Position numbers and translations under genes: made by a program. From positions 115,802 to 179,801 of the forward strand of contig PDIP01000057.1 of assembly GCA_002811645.1 (NCBI GenBank): a stretch of DNA of 64,000 nucleotides, written 5' to 3'. The stretch is from Corallochytrium limacisporum Hawaii. Taxonomy: Eukaryota; Protista; Pluriformea. The notes beneath the pieces are model-generated. The model was not told the DNA's origin. It worked only from the letters and a program-made list of their open reading frames with translations, and ran no database searches. Of the stretch, positions 12,077 to 24,500 are shown one piece after another. Numbering within the stretch: position 1 is the stretch's first letter; each line of letters opens with the position of its first letter.

Positions 12077-13066
12077 ATGATAAGATCGCCTACCAGTCGG
12101 ATAAGACTCAGTGACGTCGAGGCAACAAGCCACGCAACCTCTGTACAGTTTACAAAGACACTACACAGGCACGACAAACTGGCAGCCGCAATTCCTCCGG
12201 TTCTGGCCCTTCAGCTCACGATGATCTCGCCAGAGGTCGTCGCGGGACTGACATCCGGTTTTGTTTCCACGCTGGCCACGCATCCTTTAGACACAGTGAA
12301 GGTTTTTATGCAGGGACAAAATGAACCCATGGGCACATTCAAGGCGACACGGGAACTGTTTCGTCAGGACGGTCTCCGTGCACTGTACCGCGGCATCGTT
12401 CCGCCTTTGGCTTCACGCCCAATGATGCATAGTATCGGTTTTGGAAGTATGAGCTACTTCCGTAAGATCTTCGGGAACGAGACTACGTTCAAGCCCCAGG
12501 CCACAATTGTCGCGGGTGGGGCAACGGGTATGGTAGTGAGCCTGATGCAGACCCCTATTGAATTGGTCAAGATTATCCAGCAGACCCTTGGAGGGCGGGC
12601 AACCAGCTATCAGTCTCTGCGCATCGCTGTCCAGAATTCTCCGCTCGGACTGTGGCAAGGTCTGGCGCCCACAGCCCTGCGCAATACAAAGGGGTACGCC
12701 GGCTTCTTCCTCGCGGCGGATGTCGTACAAGAATACAACCGCCGACACGAATTCGCACCAGCACGGGCGGCCACTCTTGTTGCTGGTGGGTGTGCTGGCG
12801 TACTGTCCAGCGCTTTGAGCATGCCTGCGGACTTGATCAAGACGCGCATTCAGATGAGTGCCGTTGAGGGAACGCCGCAGTACTCAAGCATGCTTCATTG
12901 CGCGCGCATTGCATACCAGGAGGGTGGTGCACAAATTTTCTGGGCGGGCCTAAGGCCTACGATTGCTCGCAACTTCTTGGCTAGCGCCATTGTTCTATTG
13001 ATTTATGAGGAGACAATGAATATTCTCACGTCTTTGAAGCAGAAGCAGTACCTTGAACTGCCTTGA
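12077..13066 (+). CDS. Mitochondrial carrier (SLC25 family, carnitine/basic amino acid carrier-like)
   Basis: Three Px[DE]xx[KR] signatures (PLDTVK, PIELVK, PADLIK). The true start may be ATG 12221. Confidence 0.9.
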   Translation: MIRSPTSRIRLSDVEATSHATSVQFTKTLHRHDKLAAAIPPVLALQLTMISPEVVAGLTSGFVSTLATHPLDTVKVFMQGQNEPMGTFKATRELFRQDGLRALYRGIVPPLASRPMMHSIGFGSMSYFRKIFGNETTFKPQATIVAGGATGMVVSLMQTPIELVKIIQQTLGGRATSYQSLRIAVQNSPLGLWQGLAPTALRNTKGYAGFFLAADVVQEYNRRHEFAPARAATLVAGGCAGVLSSALSMPADLIKTRIQMSAVEGTPQYSSMLHCARIAYQEGGAQIFWAGLRPTIARNFLASAIVLLIYEETMNILTSLKQKQYLELP

Positions 13067-13309
13067 GAGCAAGGCATACTCTGTGATCAAACATACCATT
13101 TCCGTACTTCCATTCCATTTCATTCCATCCCATCCATTTTCTATATTCATCATCACCATGTCCCGTATTTGACATTGAACTCCAGAGGAATGCATGAGTA
13201 GTAAGCCTCATCCAGCCTTTGTCGACCTAGTTTGTAATTGTATTACCAATAGACACGTCCAATTTAATATTGATCATTTGTTTTAACGATATTTATTGAC
13301 TGTACGAAT

Positions 13310-13921
13310 TCAGAACGGAATCGTAAGCAAGTTCTTGGGCATCAACCGATAGTGCTTGGCGAACATGACCACACGGTGAGCCACCGCAGTCCGGCCCTCG
13401 AACTCATCGTACAGATCGCGGTGGTGAAAGTATGCATGCGCAATGATGCGATACAAGCGGCGGGTCTGGTACTGGAACTGCTTTACACTCTCTGCTGGTA
13501 TGCTGATGCGGCTTGGGAAGTGCTTCGATGAAGTCAGAATGCTAGTAACCATGTCTACTGTATGAGAGATGTAGTTGAAGGCAGTGCATTCTTTGGGTGG
13601 TGTGTGGGCGGCACAGAGATACTGCGAGTCGTCGTCGAGGACCATTGTGGGACATGTCTCTTCAGTACATACTCCGGCCAGCTCCGTTGTCAAGATTGAC
13701 AGGTCCGCGCAAAGCTGCCGTAGATGCTCATACTGCCATACCGCAGGGTCAAGGGACTCTGGTGCTTCCATGAGCTCATGCACTGGTGTTCCCTTGCGAA
13801 TCAGTTGCTGTAAGTACTGTTGGCCGGAGAGCACAGAATCCATATCGTCCAGCTCAGCGTCTGGCCACACTCGGAATTCTTTGGCCCGACAGCCCGGTTT
13901 GCTTCTCCTCAATAATGCCAT
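13310..13921 (-). CDS. MOB4: MOB4/phocein (STRIPAK subunit)
   Basis: Motifs LRRSKPG, VWQYEHLRQ, LCAAHTPPKEC, HFPSRISI and RRLYRIIAHAYFHHR match phocein. Confidence 0.93.
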   Translation of the reverse strand: MALLRRSKPGCRAKEFRVWPDAELDDMDSVLSGQQYLQQLIRKGTPVHELMEAPESLDPAVWQYEHLRQLCADLSILTTELAGVCTEETCPTMVLDDDSQYLCAAHTPPKECTAFNYISHTVDMVTSILTSSKHFPSRISIPAESVKQFQYQTRRLYRIIAHAYFHHRDLYDEFEGRTAVAHRVVMFAKHYRLMPKNLLTIPF

Positions 13922-14685
13922 TTCTAGAAATGATTTGTTAAGTACGCGTTTGACTAATCAACTATGAAATTCTCGAGCACGGAACCGTCTTCCCTACTGT
14001 CTCGCTGGACCTAAGGTTGGTCTGTTTTCGTTTTCCCTGCAGCAATTGCCTTTGCCTATGTAGGCTTCAGACGAATCTCAAATACCACAGGCTCAGCCTA
14101 GTCTGCAGTCAGGTCTCCGTGTAATGAAAATTGTACCTTATCCCCTGTGTGCGAAGTATTCTCCGTTGTCTCCGGTGCAAAATAGGAAAGAATAAGGAGA
14201 CCAAACTGCGCACTTGAACCAAGCTGCGCCCCGCGCACAGCCTCCGGACTCCCTCTCCTTCAATTGGCCCGTTTCTGTCTGCCCCTGCTCCTTCCGGTTC
14301 TGTCAGTATTGCTGAACTTCTCCGTCACCATCGCTTCCCGCCCTTCTCTCCGCATCCCCCCCTTCCCCAGAGAGAGGGCCCCTGCCCCCCGGTGAGGGGG
14401 GACTGTGCGGGGCTTCCAAGCCCACCGAGCCCACAGGGGTCCGATTTGCACCGTCAGGGGGGTTTGTACTCAGGTATCTGTGGTGCGAGTACGTGCATGG
14501 CATGCTATACACCGTGTTGGCACGGTACTTGCGAATCGCTGTTTCTTACATACACAGAAAACAACGTGTGGAGTTTAGGAAGGAGAGAGGTTTCACTGAA
14601 TGCACAAGCACGTACGACCTGCGTGAGTTCATAGACAACATGGTGGGAACGTAGTTGGTATTGATGGCACAGTAGAGCTTCAACC

Positions 14686-17064
14686 ATGGACAAGAAGCTG
14701 CAGCTGTCCATGCTGCATGTGGCAGGACCCGCATCCGGAAATTCTAGGGGTGGTCACAGGGCATACGTGATATTATTAGTTAGTACGAAAGTACAGGAGA
14801 GCTTCGCTAACGGATCTGACATAGGGCCACAATGCGCAACGTTCTCGATTGGGGGACGAGACTATATAGCAGCTGTAGGATTGGACCCCTTCCTTACAGG
14901 AGCAATAGCGCACAGCTATGATGTCTACCACGAGTATACGTACCCGAGAAAACCGAATCCGGAGCAGCTGAAGGAATCTACAGCCTCGTGGCACCACAAT
15001 GTTGAGGTACGGATGTGGTCGATATCATCCACAGCTCACTTCTCCGCCAAATGCTCCGTTTCTTTATCAACCATTCAGCAAATTGATGAAGTGCGGGAAG
15101 CAAAGCTTAGATTCTTCTTGAGACAGATATTTGGACGGTTAAAGGGACCAGCTGCTGAGGGAGCCTGTAATATGAGCATTCGAATATGTGATCTCGGGAC
15201 CAAGGGGCGGCTCAGCCTGGCTGTCACCTTTACGGCGACTGAGACAGTGCTAGAGTACGACACTGCTGATGTTCGTATTGAACAACGTCAGATCAATAAT
15301 GGCAATAGACCGGTCACAGATGGTATTCTGGAGCACAGTGAGAAAGGGACTGTTGCCGCCGCCGAGACCGCCTTACATCGACTCTTTGCCATGCATTCCA
15401 GCACAAATGACCGCAGTGAATTGTCGACAGGCGACCACTTGCGTGCAATGGGGATCACGCGTCTGGAGCACGGCCTGCTTTTAGTGGGCCCACCTGGCGT
15501 GGGCAAGACCAGTATTGTACGGCGAATGGCTGATCAGTGGAACATTCCTGTCCTGGAGCTGGATCATTTGAAGACTGGCGATGCCAACACAGCGGACGAG
15601 CTACCGGAGAGACATCTCATGGCTACCTTCCGTAAGGCTCGCCAGCTGGCTAGTCAAACACGGCCATGTGTAATTTTCATCGACGAAATCGATTCAGTCT
15701 GTCCTGAACGGGCCAACACGAACGCCACTATCACGAGCACCGTGAGACGCTTCATCGCACAGCTGTTGATTGCCATGGACGGCTTAGATACCTCTTCAGT
15801 CACGGGCACGAAGGCAGACAATGGTAGCGTGCTGGTTATCGCAGCCACCAATCGGCCCAATGCGATTGATGCAGCCATGCGTCGGCCAGGACGTCTCGAC
15901 CGCGAAGTGGTAATCGCGCCCCCAGCCTTGGAGGAGCGGGCCCAACTTATGTACAGTATGATCAGGACGACCATGCCCCATGTCGAAGTTTCCAGCGAGG
16001 ATAATGACCCACTCTCGACCCTGCGGAAAGTCAGTCGTTTCCTGCAGGGTTTCGTAGCAGCAGATCTCATCACTCTCCTCCGCAGAGCGGCACTAAGGCA
16101 GATTGTGGTGCAGGCGCGTGATGGGCCGGCGGATGTTACACGGGTTAGTCTGACCCAAGAGATGCTTCTGGAAGAGGCAGTGAACCAGGGTGGACCGGCT
16201 TTGCTGCGTGGCTACACCGTCCTTAGACCCTCGTTGACTACGAGACAATTCAATGCCGGCGTCACGCACCACAACCCGCGACTGCAGTCTCTACTGACCC
16301 GTTTGGAATGGACCGTGCAGCAAGCTTCCTCTACTGGTATGCCGGACAGTGGCAAGCCCAATGCACCACTGCTCTCCTTGGTGTCCACCAAAGGCATTCT
16401 CCTGCACGGTCCGCCTGGTTGCGGTAAAACTACGTTTCTGCGTGCCCTGAGCAATGTTCTGTCGGTTCCCGTGCTCGTGTTCGACTGCGCTTCTGTCTAC
16501 AGCGCGGTGGTCGGGGAGAGCGAACATATTCTCAACGATGCATTCCGAACAGCTCGATATTGTGCCCCGTGCATTCTTGCCCTCGATGAAATTGACGCTA
16601 TTGCCACAAAGCGCACCGGCGGTGACGGGGCCAGCACCGTGACCTCTGTGGCCAACCGCATTCTCGGCACACTGCTCGATGAGCTGGATGGTATTCGCGG
16701 CGTGAAAGGTGTGATCACAGCGGCGGCCACAAATCGCTTAGATGCCCTTGATGAGGCCTTGATCCGCCCTGGGCGCTTTGATGAGGTCTTAGAGATTGGT
16801 ATACCTGAACTTGACGAACGCGAGAACTTTCTTCAGGAGCTGCTGCGGCCTCTCATTGCGCCGGCAGAGGCTGCTTCTATTGACGTGAGGGAGCTTGCCA
16901 AGTCTTGCGAGGGCCAAACCCAGGCTCAGATCGCAGAGCGCGTAACGCGTGCGAAATGGGCTGCACTGCAACGTCTGCAACAGCGTAGCGATGACACTCA
17001 TGAGAGCACAATCGCAGTCACAGCAGAGGATTTGAGGATCGCATTGACGGCACCGATGGTGTAA
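14686..17064 (+). CDS. Two-domain AAA+ ATPase of the CDC48/AFG2 family, AFG2B (SPATA5L1)-like
   Basis: Walker A GPPGVGKT and GPPGCGKT, Walker B IFIDEID and LALDEID, and SRH motifs AATNRP..RRPGRLDRE and AATNR..RPGRFDE. Confidence 0.8.
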   Translation: MDKKLQLSMLHVAGPASGNSRGGHRAYVILLVSTKVQESFANGSDIGPQCATFSIGGRDYIAAVGLDPFLTGAIAHSYDVYHEYTYPRKPNPEQLKESTASWHHNVEVRMWSISSTAHFSAKCSVSLSTIQQIDEVREAKLRFFLRQIFGRLKGPAAEGACNMSIRICDLGTKGRLSLAVTFTATETVLEYDTADVRIEQRQINNGNRPVTDGILEHSEKGTVAAAETALHRLFAMHSSTNDRSELSTGDHLRAMGITRLEHGLLLVGPPGVGKTSIVRRMADQWNIPVLELDHLKTGDANTADELPERHLMATFRKARQLASQTRPCVIFIDEIDSVCPERANTNATITSTVRRFIAQLLIAMDGLDTSSVTGTKADNGSVLVIAATNRPNAIDAAMRRPGRLDREVVIAPPALEERAQLMYSMIRTTMPHVEVSSEDNDPLSTLRKVSRFLQGFVAADLITLLRRAALRQIVVQARDGPADVTRVSLTQEMLLEEAVNQGGPALLRGYTVLRPSLTTRQFNAGVTHHNPRLQSLLTRLEWTVQQASSTGMPDSGKPNAPLLSLVSTKGILLHGPPGCGKTTFLRALSNVLSVPVLVFDCASVYSAVVGESEHILNDAFRTARYCAPCILALDEIDAIATKRTGGDGASTVTSVANRILGTLLDELDGIRGVKGVITAAATNRLDALDEALIRPGRFDEVLEIGIPELDERENFLQELLRPLIAPAEAASIDVRELAKSCEGQTQAQIAERVTRAKWAALQRLQQRSDDTHESTIAVTAEDLRIALTAPMV

Positions 17065-17162
17065 ATCAGTGAACTTGGAATCTTATATAGAGTAGTATTG
17101 ATACACGTTTTAAATTCATTAACATTTATGGAAAGGTCAGAAGAACATTTTCAGAACAAGCT

Positions 17163-19010
17163 TTACGATGAGGACGGATCGTTCCTGGGCCTCTTCGCAA
17201 CATTGGTATTGGTGTAGTGATCGGGGCGGCATCGTGTTCTGTGCTCGCGCCAGTCCTGACGTTGGCAGCGAGAGGAACAATAGTACACTGTGCGGCAAGC
17301 GGAACAACGACGCCGGGCTGCCGCACCACACGTCTGGCATGTGTGTGTCGTACCGTGCCCAGTGCTGCCATCCTCATCATCACCGGCCTCCGAGGAATCC
17401 TCGAGAGGAACAGGGACTGGGGAAGGTTCACGACCGTCCGAAGTGGCGGGTTGTGGTGCGGTGGGAAGTCGGGCACCGGTGCTTGACGACTGGCCCGCAT
17501 TGTCGTTACTGGCGTCGCTAGTGCTAGGTGCAGTAGGGAAGTCAAGATCTGCCCGTTCCTCACGTGGAGTCATGCGGTCACGGGCTTGTTCTGCCTCCTG
17601 GCGCATGGTTTCCACATTGGAGCCGTGGTCCGGACGCAGCTCAGCCCGGCATGTAGGGCACGAATTGTGGAGGCTTAGCCATTGTTCGATGCATCCTGGA
17701 TGGTAGAAGTGACCGCATGGCATGATCTTGACCTCTCCGCCGGTAGTGTACTCTTCCAGACAGACACTGCAGGCATGACACTCACGAATGTTGTCACCGG
17801 AAGGGGGATAGGGTCTCTGTGGCAAGGCTTCCACCTGTTCCCGAGCGGCTGGTGGATTGCCTTGCGGGCCCTCGGTCATGAGCTGACGCAAGATGTCCTC
17901 AAAGCCTCCCGCAAACAGCAATGGAGGCATCATACGAAAGAGTTGTGCGGGGTCACCACGGAACATGATGCGTTGTGGACCTTGCTGTACGGTCATTCCT
18001 CCCGGATGGAATGTGAATTGACGGAATGCAGCAGTTGGCCTACCAGTACCTGCGCGTGGTTGAGTAGTAGTCTCATCGCCTGTTCTGTTGACTGCTTCGT
18101 CGGTAGGCCCCCGTTGTTCGGGACCCGACTCTGGCTGCTGCTGCTGTGGATCCTGCTGCTGTGGGTCATGCTGCTGTGGGTCATGCTGCTGCGGGCCTTG
18201 CTGCTGGCCTTGCTGCTGCGCAGCATGGCCACGCAATGCTCCAAATATTGCCTGGTTCAAGGCCTCGAAAATGTTTCGCGCACCCGCAGGTTGCGGGCCA
18301 GGGTTCTGTTCCTGCTGCGTCTCACGATTCTCATGCTCACCTTCCCGCTGTGCTGTTGAGGAGGGTACCGGTGCTTCAGAATCCTGGGTCTGTCCTGGGT
18401 ATGTAATTTGTCTTTGGCCTTGATTAGTTGGTCCCGATTGCTGGCTAGGTTCTTCACTTGCACTATTGCCTCTTGTTCGTTGCAGATACAGTATTTGGCC
18501 CGACGGCAGCATAAATAATTGAGTCTCTGTGTCATCTCGCAGCTGATTTCTGTTGTTTTCATCATGCTGTGTCAAGGGCCTAGGGTCACTATCCCGTTCT
18601 TGACCTCCTGTACGTCCCGTTTCTCGACGTTCCGGTTCATCCTGTGTCGGTGGAGTATCGCCGCGAGGCAGGTTTCTAAGCTTAGACGCCATTTGTCGCA
18701 ATTCCTCCAGTGCAGCATCACTCTTCAGCTGTGGGAGCTGATCAAGCCGTAGGCCATCCCGGTACTCGGTCACCAGGGTCTTGATTGACTCCAGATAGCA
18801 CAATGCCATTTCCACACGCTCCTCGTCAGTCATATCCGTGTGTGGGCTGCGTGGGCCTGCAACACCATTGTTCCGCGGGTTCTGCACACCGTCACCAGGA
18901 TTTGTGGTGGTCATGCTCCCATCATTCATGACTGGAGCAGCTGTTTGTAAGGGGCCTTCGGTAGCCCCTGTAGGATCTATGAAGAAATAAAACTGGCCAG
19001 GAAGGTTCAT
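17163..19010 (-). CDS. RING-H2 E3 ligase (RNF126/RNF115/Praja-like) with a C-terminal MYND zinc finger
   Basis: RING-H2: GNPPAA..CSVCLEEY..PCGHFYHPGCIEQWL..SCPTCR. MYND: CQTC..CSAC..YYCSSRCQRQDWREHRTRC. Confidence 0.85.
   Translation of the reverse strand: MNLPGQFYFFIDPTGATEGPLQTAAPVMNDGSMTTTNPGDGVQNPRNNGVAGPRSPHTDMTDEERVEMALCYLESIKTLVTEYRDGLRLDQLPQLKSDAALEELRQMASKLRNLPRGDTPPTQDEPERRETGRTGGQERDSDPRPLTQHDENNRNQLRDDTETQLFMLPSGQILYLQRTRGNSASEEPSQQSGPTNQGQRQITYPGQTQDSEAPVPSSTAQREGEHENRETQQEQNPGPQPAGARNIFEALNQAIFGALRGHAAQQQGQQQGPQQHDPQQHDPQQQDPQQQQPESGPEQRGPTDEAVNRTGDETTTQPRAGTGRPTAAFRQFTFHPGGMTVQQGPQRIMFRGDPAQLFRMMPPLLFAGGFEDILRQLMTEGPQGNPPAAREQVEALPQRPYPPSGDNIRECHACSVCLEEYTTGGEVKIMPCGHFYHPGCIEQWLSLHNSCPTCRAELRPDHGSNVETMRQEAEQARDRMTPREERADLDFPTAPSTSDASNDNAGQSSSTGARLPTAPQPATSDGREPSPVPVPLEDSSEAGDDEDGSTGHGTTHTCQTCGAAARRRCSACRTVYYCSSRCQRQDWREHRTRCRPDHYTNTNVAKRPRNDPSSS
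18135..18219 (-). repeat. Coding 15-nt tandem repeat (PQQHD/PQQQD) in the RING-MYND gene
   Basis: Units such as TGCTGCTGTGGGTCA are repeated. Confidence 0.85.
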
Positions 19011-20439
19011 GTGTTTCTGGAATCCGGTATAACTATACAGCTGCTCTGTGGTAAAGATCTACACCAAGTACAAATCCTATACGCACACAGCACTACTACT
19101 TCGCTATTGGTCTCTTCTGGACTATCGGTTCTGGTTCGCTGTCTATTTGAAACATGTCACAGATCAGACCGGATGCCCATACCACTATCATTGAAATACC
19201 ATTGTACTTCGGGAGCGCACATCACCAGCGCCCTGACATTTGTGTGACGCCTCACAGTACCATTTGTTACGATAGTTCGAAGCCGGTCCCAGGCCACATT
19301 CGGAAGCCACCAATGAACCAGAAGCTCTCCAAAAGATGCAAAATTCAGGATTCAACGAAGGGCGACGTCCTGACCGGGGTCCGGATGCTGTGCACAATTT
19401 TTTTATCCAACTGCAGGTGTGCCTCTGTTCCCGTGGGCATAATTGGCTCTGGGGGGCTTAGTGCTGCTGAAGCTCCTCCGGCCGGCCCCTACCGACCGTC
19501 AGATGTCAGACCCGCAGTCGGAGCCTCTCCGGTCGGGCACCGCGGGAGAGACGCTTTTGTTTACTTTCCCTCTGCCGTCGACACCTCCCAACCCCCGGAG
19601 CAAGGCCGGTCGCGGTACATTATTAGTGGTAATTTTCCCGATGGGAAGAGTGAGGCGCAGTCAGAAGTGGGGGACCCGGCAGCACCAGTCAGCAGAAAGA
19701 CCGCGAACATTCTCCTCGTTGGTCGGGAACAAATGGGATCTTTACAATTTTCAGTGGGTCGTTGGGTATGAAACCTGGCATTGCTTGTCAGACTGGGCGG
19801 TGGGGGAAAAGGGAATCGGAAGCGCCGGTGATGGGAAGGTCTGGGTCGCAGAACAAGTCGAGCATCTCTATCCGACATCCAGTGAGGCATGTTGGCATGT
19901 GCATGTGTTGACGTAGGTGCCAGCTTTGGATGACAGATCAAGTGATCTTGCCGGACCATTTGGACGACGTGTGGGATTCTGCGGCACAAATGCCGGGCCG
20001 ACAACTCTTGCGCACAGTGGGAAGGCCAGGAGCAGAGTTCATTCTTGCAAGTGGGGACGGCGTGCGGAGGGATTCAACTCTTAGCGAACATGCGGGCGTT
20101 CCATGCAGCCGCGAACTCTGAACTATGGTAAACCCACCTGGGGCCCACACAAGACACGAGAATGTCAGATGACGTCTAAACGTTTATACATGATGTTTTC
20201 GGATCCACGGATGGCTCCGTTAAAGGTAGTATGTTCTGTCTGAATCTTGTTCCCATCGGCAAATACCATATTCACAGAAGTATTATTCGATGGTGATGGA
20301 GACGATGTCCAATTGGTCATGTTTGCTGCACTCGAACGGAATTGGAAAGAAGATTGTGCACTGAACCATGATCATGAACAAGATGTGAATATCCCACTAT
20401 CGATGGGCCACTGTAGCGATAGCCACCTCTACCAATCAC

Positions 20440-21585
20440 TTACCTCTTCTTTCTGCGGAAGAAACCACAGCAACCACCATCCGCAGAGTTGTCCACAGCT
20501 GTTATGTGCGGCTTATCATGGGCATTGTTGTTGTTCTGCTGCTGGCTGACATTCCTACTTCCATTCAAGTCTTCCTTGGACGGGTTAATGGCTGCAGTAC
20601 GTGGATCCTTCGGCTTTTCCAGATGGACCCCCTTGTCCTTGCCCTGGATCCAATCAAAGTTGTCGTCCTGGACCCATCCTTCACGTTCCATGATCTTACG
20701 GAAAAGGCCTCGGCAGTACTCATAGTCTGGGTCCTCAGTGAAACCGAGGCTGCGAGCATACTTCAGGTACCGGGCAAACTCATCCGGCATGGTCTCGCAC
20801 AATTTCTCAATGGGCGTGCTGATCTTGGTGTCACCAATCTTTTGGTAGCGTTCCTTCAGCGTGTCCGCCTTCAGGCCCTGCCAAGGCAATGACTTGCGCT
20901 GGAAGTAGCAGAACATGTGACCGAGGGCTTCCAAATCGTCCCGACGGCTTTGTTCTTTACCCTGATGGGTATTAATACTCATGTAACGTGCAGTGCCCGT
21001 CAATGACTTGTGCTCACGATATGGAATGTGTTCCCGTGTGCGGGGGTCAATGTACTCCTTGGCCAGACCAAAATCGATAACGTGAACGCGCTTTTCAGTT
21101 CCCTTGCTCTTCAGACCGGTCAAGAAATTCTCAGGCTTGACATCGCGGTAGATAATATGGTGAGAGTGAATGCACTCAAACCGGGTCAGCAGCTGAATGG
21201 CAATCATGCACACAGTCTTTGTTGTGAACTTCCTGTTGCACATATCATAGCAGTCCTCGAGAGAAGGTCCCAAAAGGTCCAACACCATAGCGTTGTACTT
21301 GCCAGATGGTCCGAAGAAGTGAACGTGAGGGAAGCCTTCCTCCTTGGCGAACAATTTGTAGAACCGGTATTCAATGTGCAGCTGAGGTGTCCGAGCCTTC
21401 AGACTCTCGAGCTTAATTGCAATTTCTGCATTGTTATAGAGATTCTTACCAATGTGAATCTCACCAAAGTTACCGCAACCGATCTTCTTGCCAACCCGGA
21501 AATTAGGGCCGACCATGACCAACGCATTTCCGGAACCCTGGCCACGCTTGCCAGAGTAGCCCTGTTGAGGACGGTTTGATCCCAT
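20440..21585 (-). CDS. CSNK1G: Casein kinase 1 gamma
   Basis: Motifs [42 protein letters not shown] and [21 protein letters not shown]. The C-terminal [10 protein letters not shown] is a palmitoylation tail. Confidence 0.95.
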   Translation of the reverse strand: MGSNRPQQGYSGKRGQGSGNALVMVGPNFRVGKKIGCGNFGEIHIGKNLYNNAEIAIKLESLKARTPQLHIEYRFYKLFAKEEGFPHVHFFGPSGKYNAMVLDLLGPSLEDCYDMCNRKFTTKTVCMIAIQLLTRFECIHSHHIIYRDVKPENFLTGLKSKGTEKRVHVIDFGLAKEYIDPRTREHIPYREHKSLTGTARYMSINTHQGKEQSRRDDLEALGHMFCYFQRKSLPWQGLKADTLKERYQKIGDTKISTPIEKLCETMPDEFARYLKYARSLGFTEDPDYEYCRGLFRKIMEREGWVQDDNFDWIQGKDKGVHLEKPKDPRTAAINPSKEDLNGSRNVSQQQNNNNAHDKPHITAVDNSADGGCCGFFRRKKR

Positions 21586-24500
21586 GGTTTATATTGTACT
21601 GCTTCTGTTTAAAACTTTCTGTACGGAATATCGCAAATTCTGCGGGTTTCACGGCCGACTATACTAAAAGAACAAACCGTGGTTGGTACGTTTTCCTAAT
21701 TCCCCTATAGTATCATTCCGCTTCAATTTGCAGCTTCAATTCCCAGTGTGACTTAAGCTTTGACTAAGGATAGTCGCCTCTTCAGACCTAGCTGAAATGT
21801 GATCGCTGTTTATGAACAACCCGGTACAATGGGGATCTTACCAGTTCATATAATCGTCTTGACTAGTACAAATACTCCTTCCGCTATAAGGAATCGAGGC
21901 ATGCGCTCCTGAAATAACAGATCGAGCCATTAAAAAAGGTTTGAAATATTCTTATTTACGTCCTGTTTATTTATTACATGTACCAGACAACCGTGTGATA
22001 GAAACAGTGCTCCAGCACCCAAAAGACAAAAATGCTCGAGCCAGGAATTATTGTTTTGGTTTCATTCACAAAAATGTTGTGGCTCTCATAATGAAACCGA
22101 AAAATGCCCTTCGTGCCGTGCAACGGGAACAAGAAAGTGAGAGGTGCAACCTCAGTGTTGGAAGACACCGGTCCAAACAGTCTGTTGCCATCTCTCTGTT
22201 TCTTCTCCCGATACTGACTTTACTCTGTTTGTGTTTAGATTCTATGCCAGTTTTCTGGCGCAGAGTGAGGGGCGACGGAAGTGTGGACACTGGCACAGTC
22301 TTCTTCTTGTGCGCTTCTGTCCCGATGGACAAGGTATCACATATTGTCGTAGGGAAGGGGAGAGGGGAAATTGGTAACAAGCTCCTCCAGCCAACAGCAA
22401 GCAGTGCCCCCCCCCCCTCTCTCCCCCGGAAAAAAACAAAAAGCGTGAACGCCACCAACGGCAGAACCAACCAACCAAACGCGCAATCCTCAGCAGCACA
22501 CACACACCAACACAAAAAGTGTTCCCCCGGTCGTCGGCGGTGTGGGGAGGAAGGGTGGTCAGGGAGAGGGAGGGGGGGGGACACACACCGCCCCTTCTCG
22601 CCCTCGCCCCCTGTTTCTTTGTCCACAAACAGCCATCCATCCCTCCTCTTTGGACGGAAGGGGAGGCCCTCTTCCCACCTGCACAGATTCATTGTATGCT
22701 CACCAAGAGTTTACCTTTTTTTTCTTGTTACGTGCTGCAGATCCCGTACTATGGAAAGTTTCAAATGGGCAGGCCGAGGAAGGGAAGGAAGGAACACGCT
22801 CTGACGGTGACCGGAGTGTGAATCGGCAAAAATACCGGGGTTCTACGGGGGAATCATGGCAGAGGCGCCGTAATCTTTTAAAAGCGCACCGTTCTCCCGA
22901 CCCGAACGACCGGACCCGAACGCCACGACCGGACAAGACCGAGGGATCAACCACGCGCAATGACAGCCACCACACACACGCACACACGAAGTCTCATGGT
23001 CCGAAACAGCATAAATGAAAACCATGTTATGTTAGCGGTTAGTTTCCATACCAGCAAAAAAACCACAGAGATTTTTAACTCCATGTTTTGTTCAAATTCT
23101 TGTAATCGATGCGGCAACAAATCCGCACGCTGATGTGAGATCGCATCAGAAGAGAGAGTTAGAAAAGGGAAAACACGGAAAGTCCTTGTGTGTGTTCAAG
23201 ACAAAACTTTGTGGCGAACGTTCAAACCCGGCACGCTGCCAAGGGGGAACCAGAAAAGGTCTGAAAAAGGACACCAGCTCGAGAGTGATGAAATCGGCAG
23301 CTTCCTCCCCTCCCTGCCTTGGGATACAATAGCACCAGTCTCTCACATCACACAGACTCTGTTTTGCCTTTTCCCTTCAATCTGTGCAAAGGGAATAAAG
23401 CTGAAACTTTTTCCTTTGCCGGGTGGGGAAGCTAACCATTGTGCCCGATGTCAGTTGGTAGTGAGTGTATTGTACTTCTTCCCGCTCTGCGTTGGGATCT
23501 GAAGGATTTTGGGTTTCGCACCGCTACCCTGAAGAGGCGGCGATGGTAGCCAAGAAGGAATCCTGAAGAAAAAAACAAATCGATACGTTGCACTGGGGCG
23601 GGATCAGCGAGGAACTCAGCACCAGCTTTCTCGATAACAAGAAAACGCGAGGAAAAAAAGGGGTTAAAATTTCCTTGCAAAAAGGATTGAGAACTTGTGC
23701 ACAGCGAGTCACCCCTCCTCCCTCCTCCGCGGGTGGCCAATGGTGCCTCCGTTTCCATATTTGCTTACTTTTCGAGAATGCTTAACTGCTTTTGGGTTCG
23801 AACATTTTCGTTAATGTGTGAGACAAGAACGATACAAGATGGTTCCATTGGTGATAAAATCTTTGAATGTTTTGTATAGTAAATGGAGTTTATCATGGAA
23901 TTTGACCATAGAGCTCATGGCGGCCGCCATTAATACTGATGCTCAGGGTCCCTCGCGGGCAGCTCGCTTCCTATGCGGACTCACCGATTGGAGAGGCTCA
24001 GACACCGCGCTCCCAAACAATTACTCAAAAGCGATCACTTTGGCGGAGAAGAGTCAATGCAAAACTTATACTTTGGGTGGTAACCGGAGACGGGCGCTTG
24101 CTATTTGACATCATTGCATTGAGGAGTTGCCCCGGGCGAAGTGTCACCTGACCAAACGTTCTCGGTACCTGCACTATGGCTTCCCAAGCGGACATATTCG
24201 CTGCCAAAGGTCATCACATTTCCACACCGGAAGGAGATCGTCCTTTCGGTTCAGTTTTGCAGTACATCCACTATGTGATCTGACGCTACTAACGAACCAC
24301 GGTGGCAGGGTCCGACGCCTAGAACACTTGCTTCCCCTTTGCAGTTGGTATCGTGGTTCAATTCGAGTATCTGGAAATTGAGAGCACTGGAAGATTCTGT
24401 GTCCTTCTCTCCCCTGGTTTTTTATCTTCTTTATTTTTTCCCATACCAGAGTCAATATAGACACTGTGGCTGGAGGCGATCCTCTGCCGCAGGACCCCTT

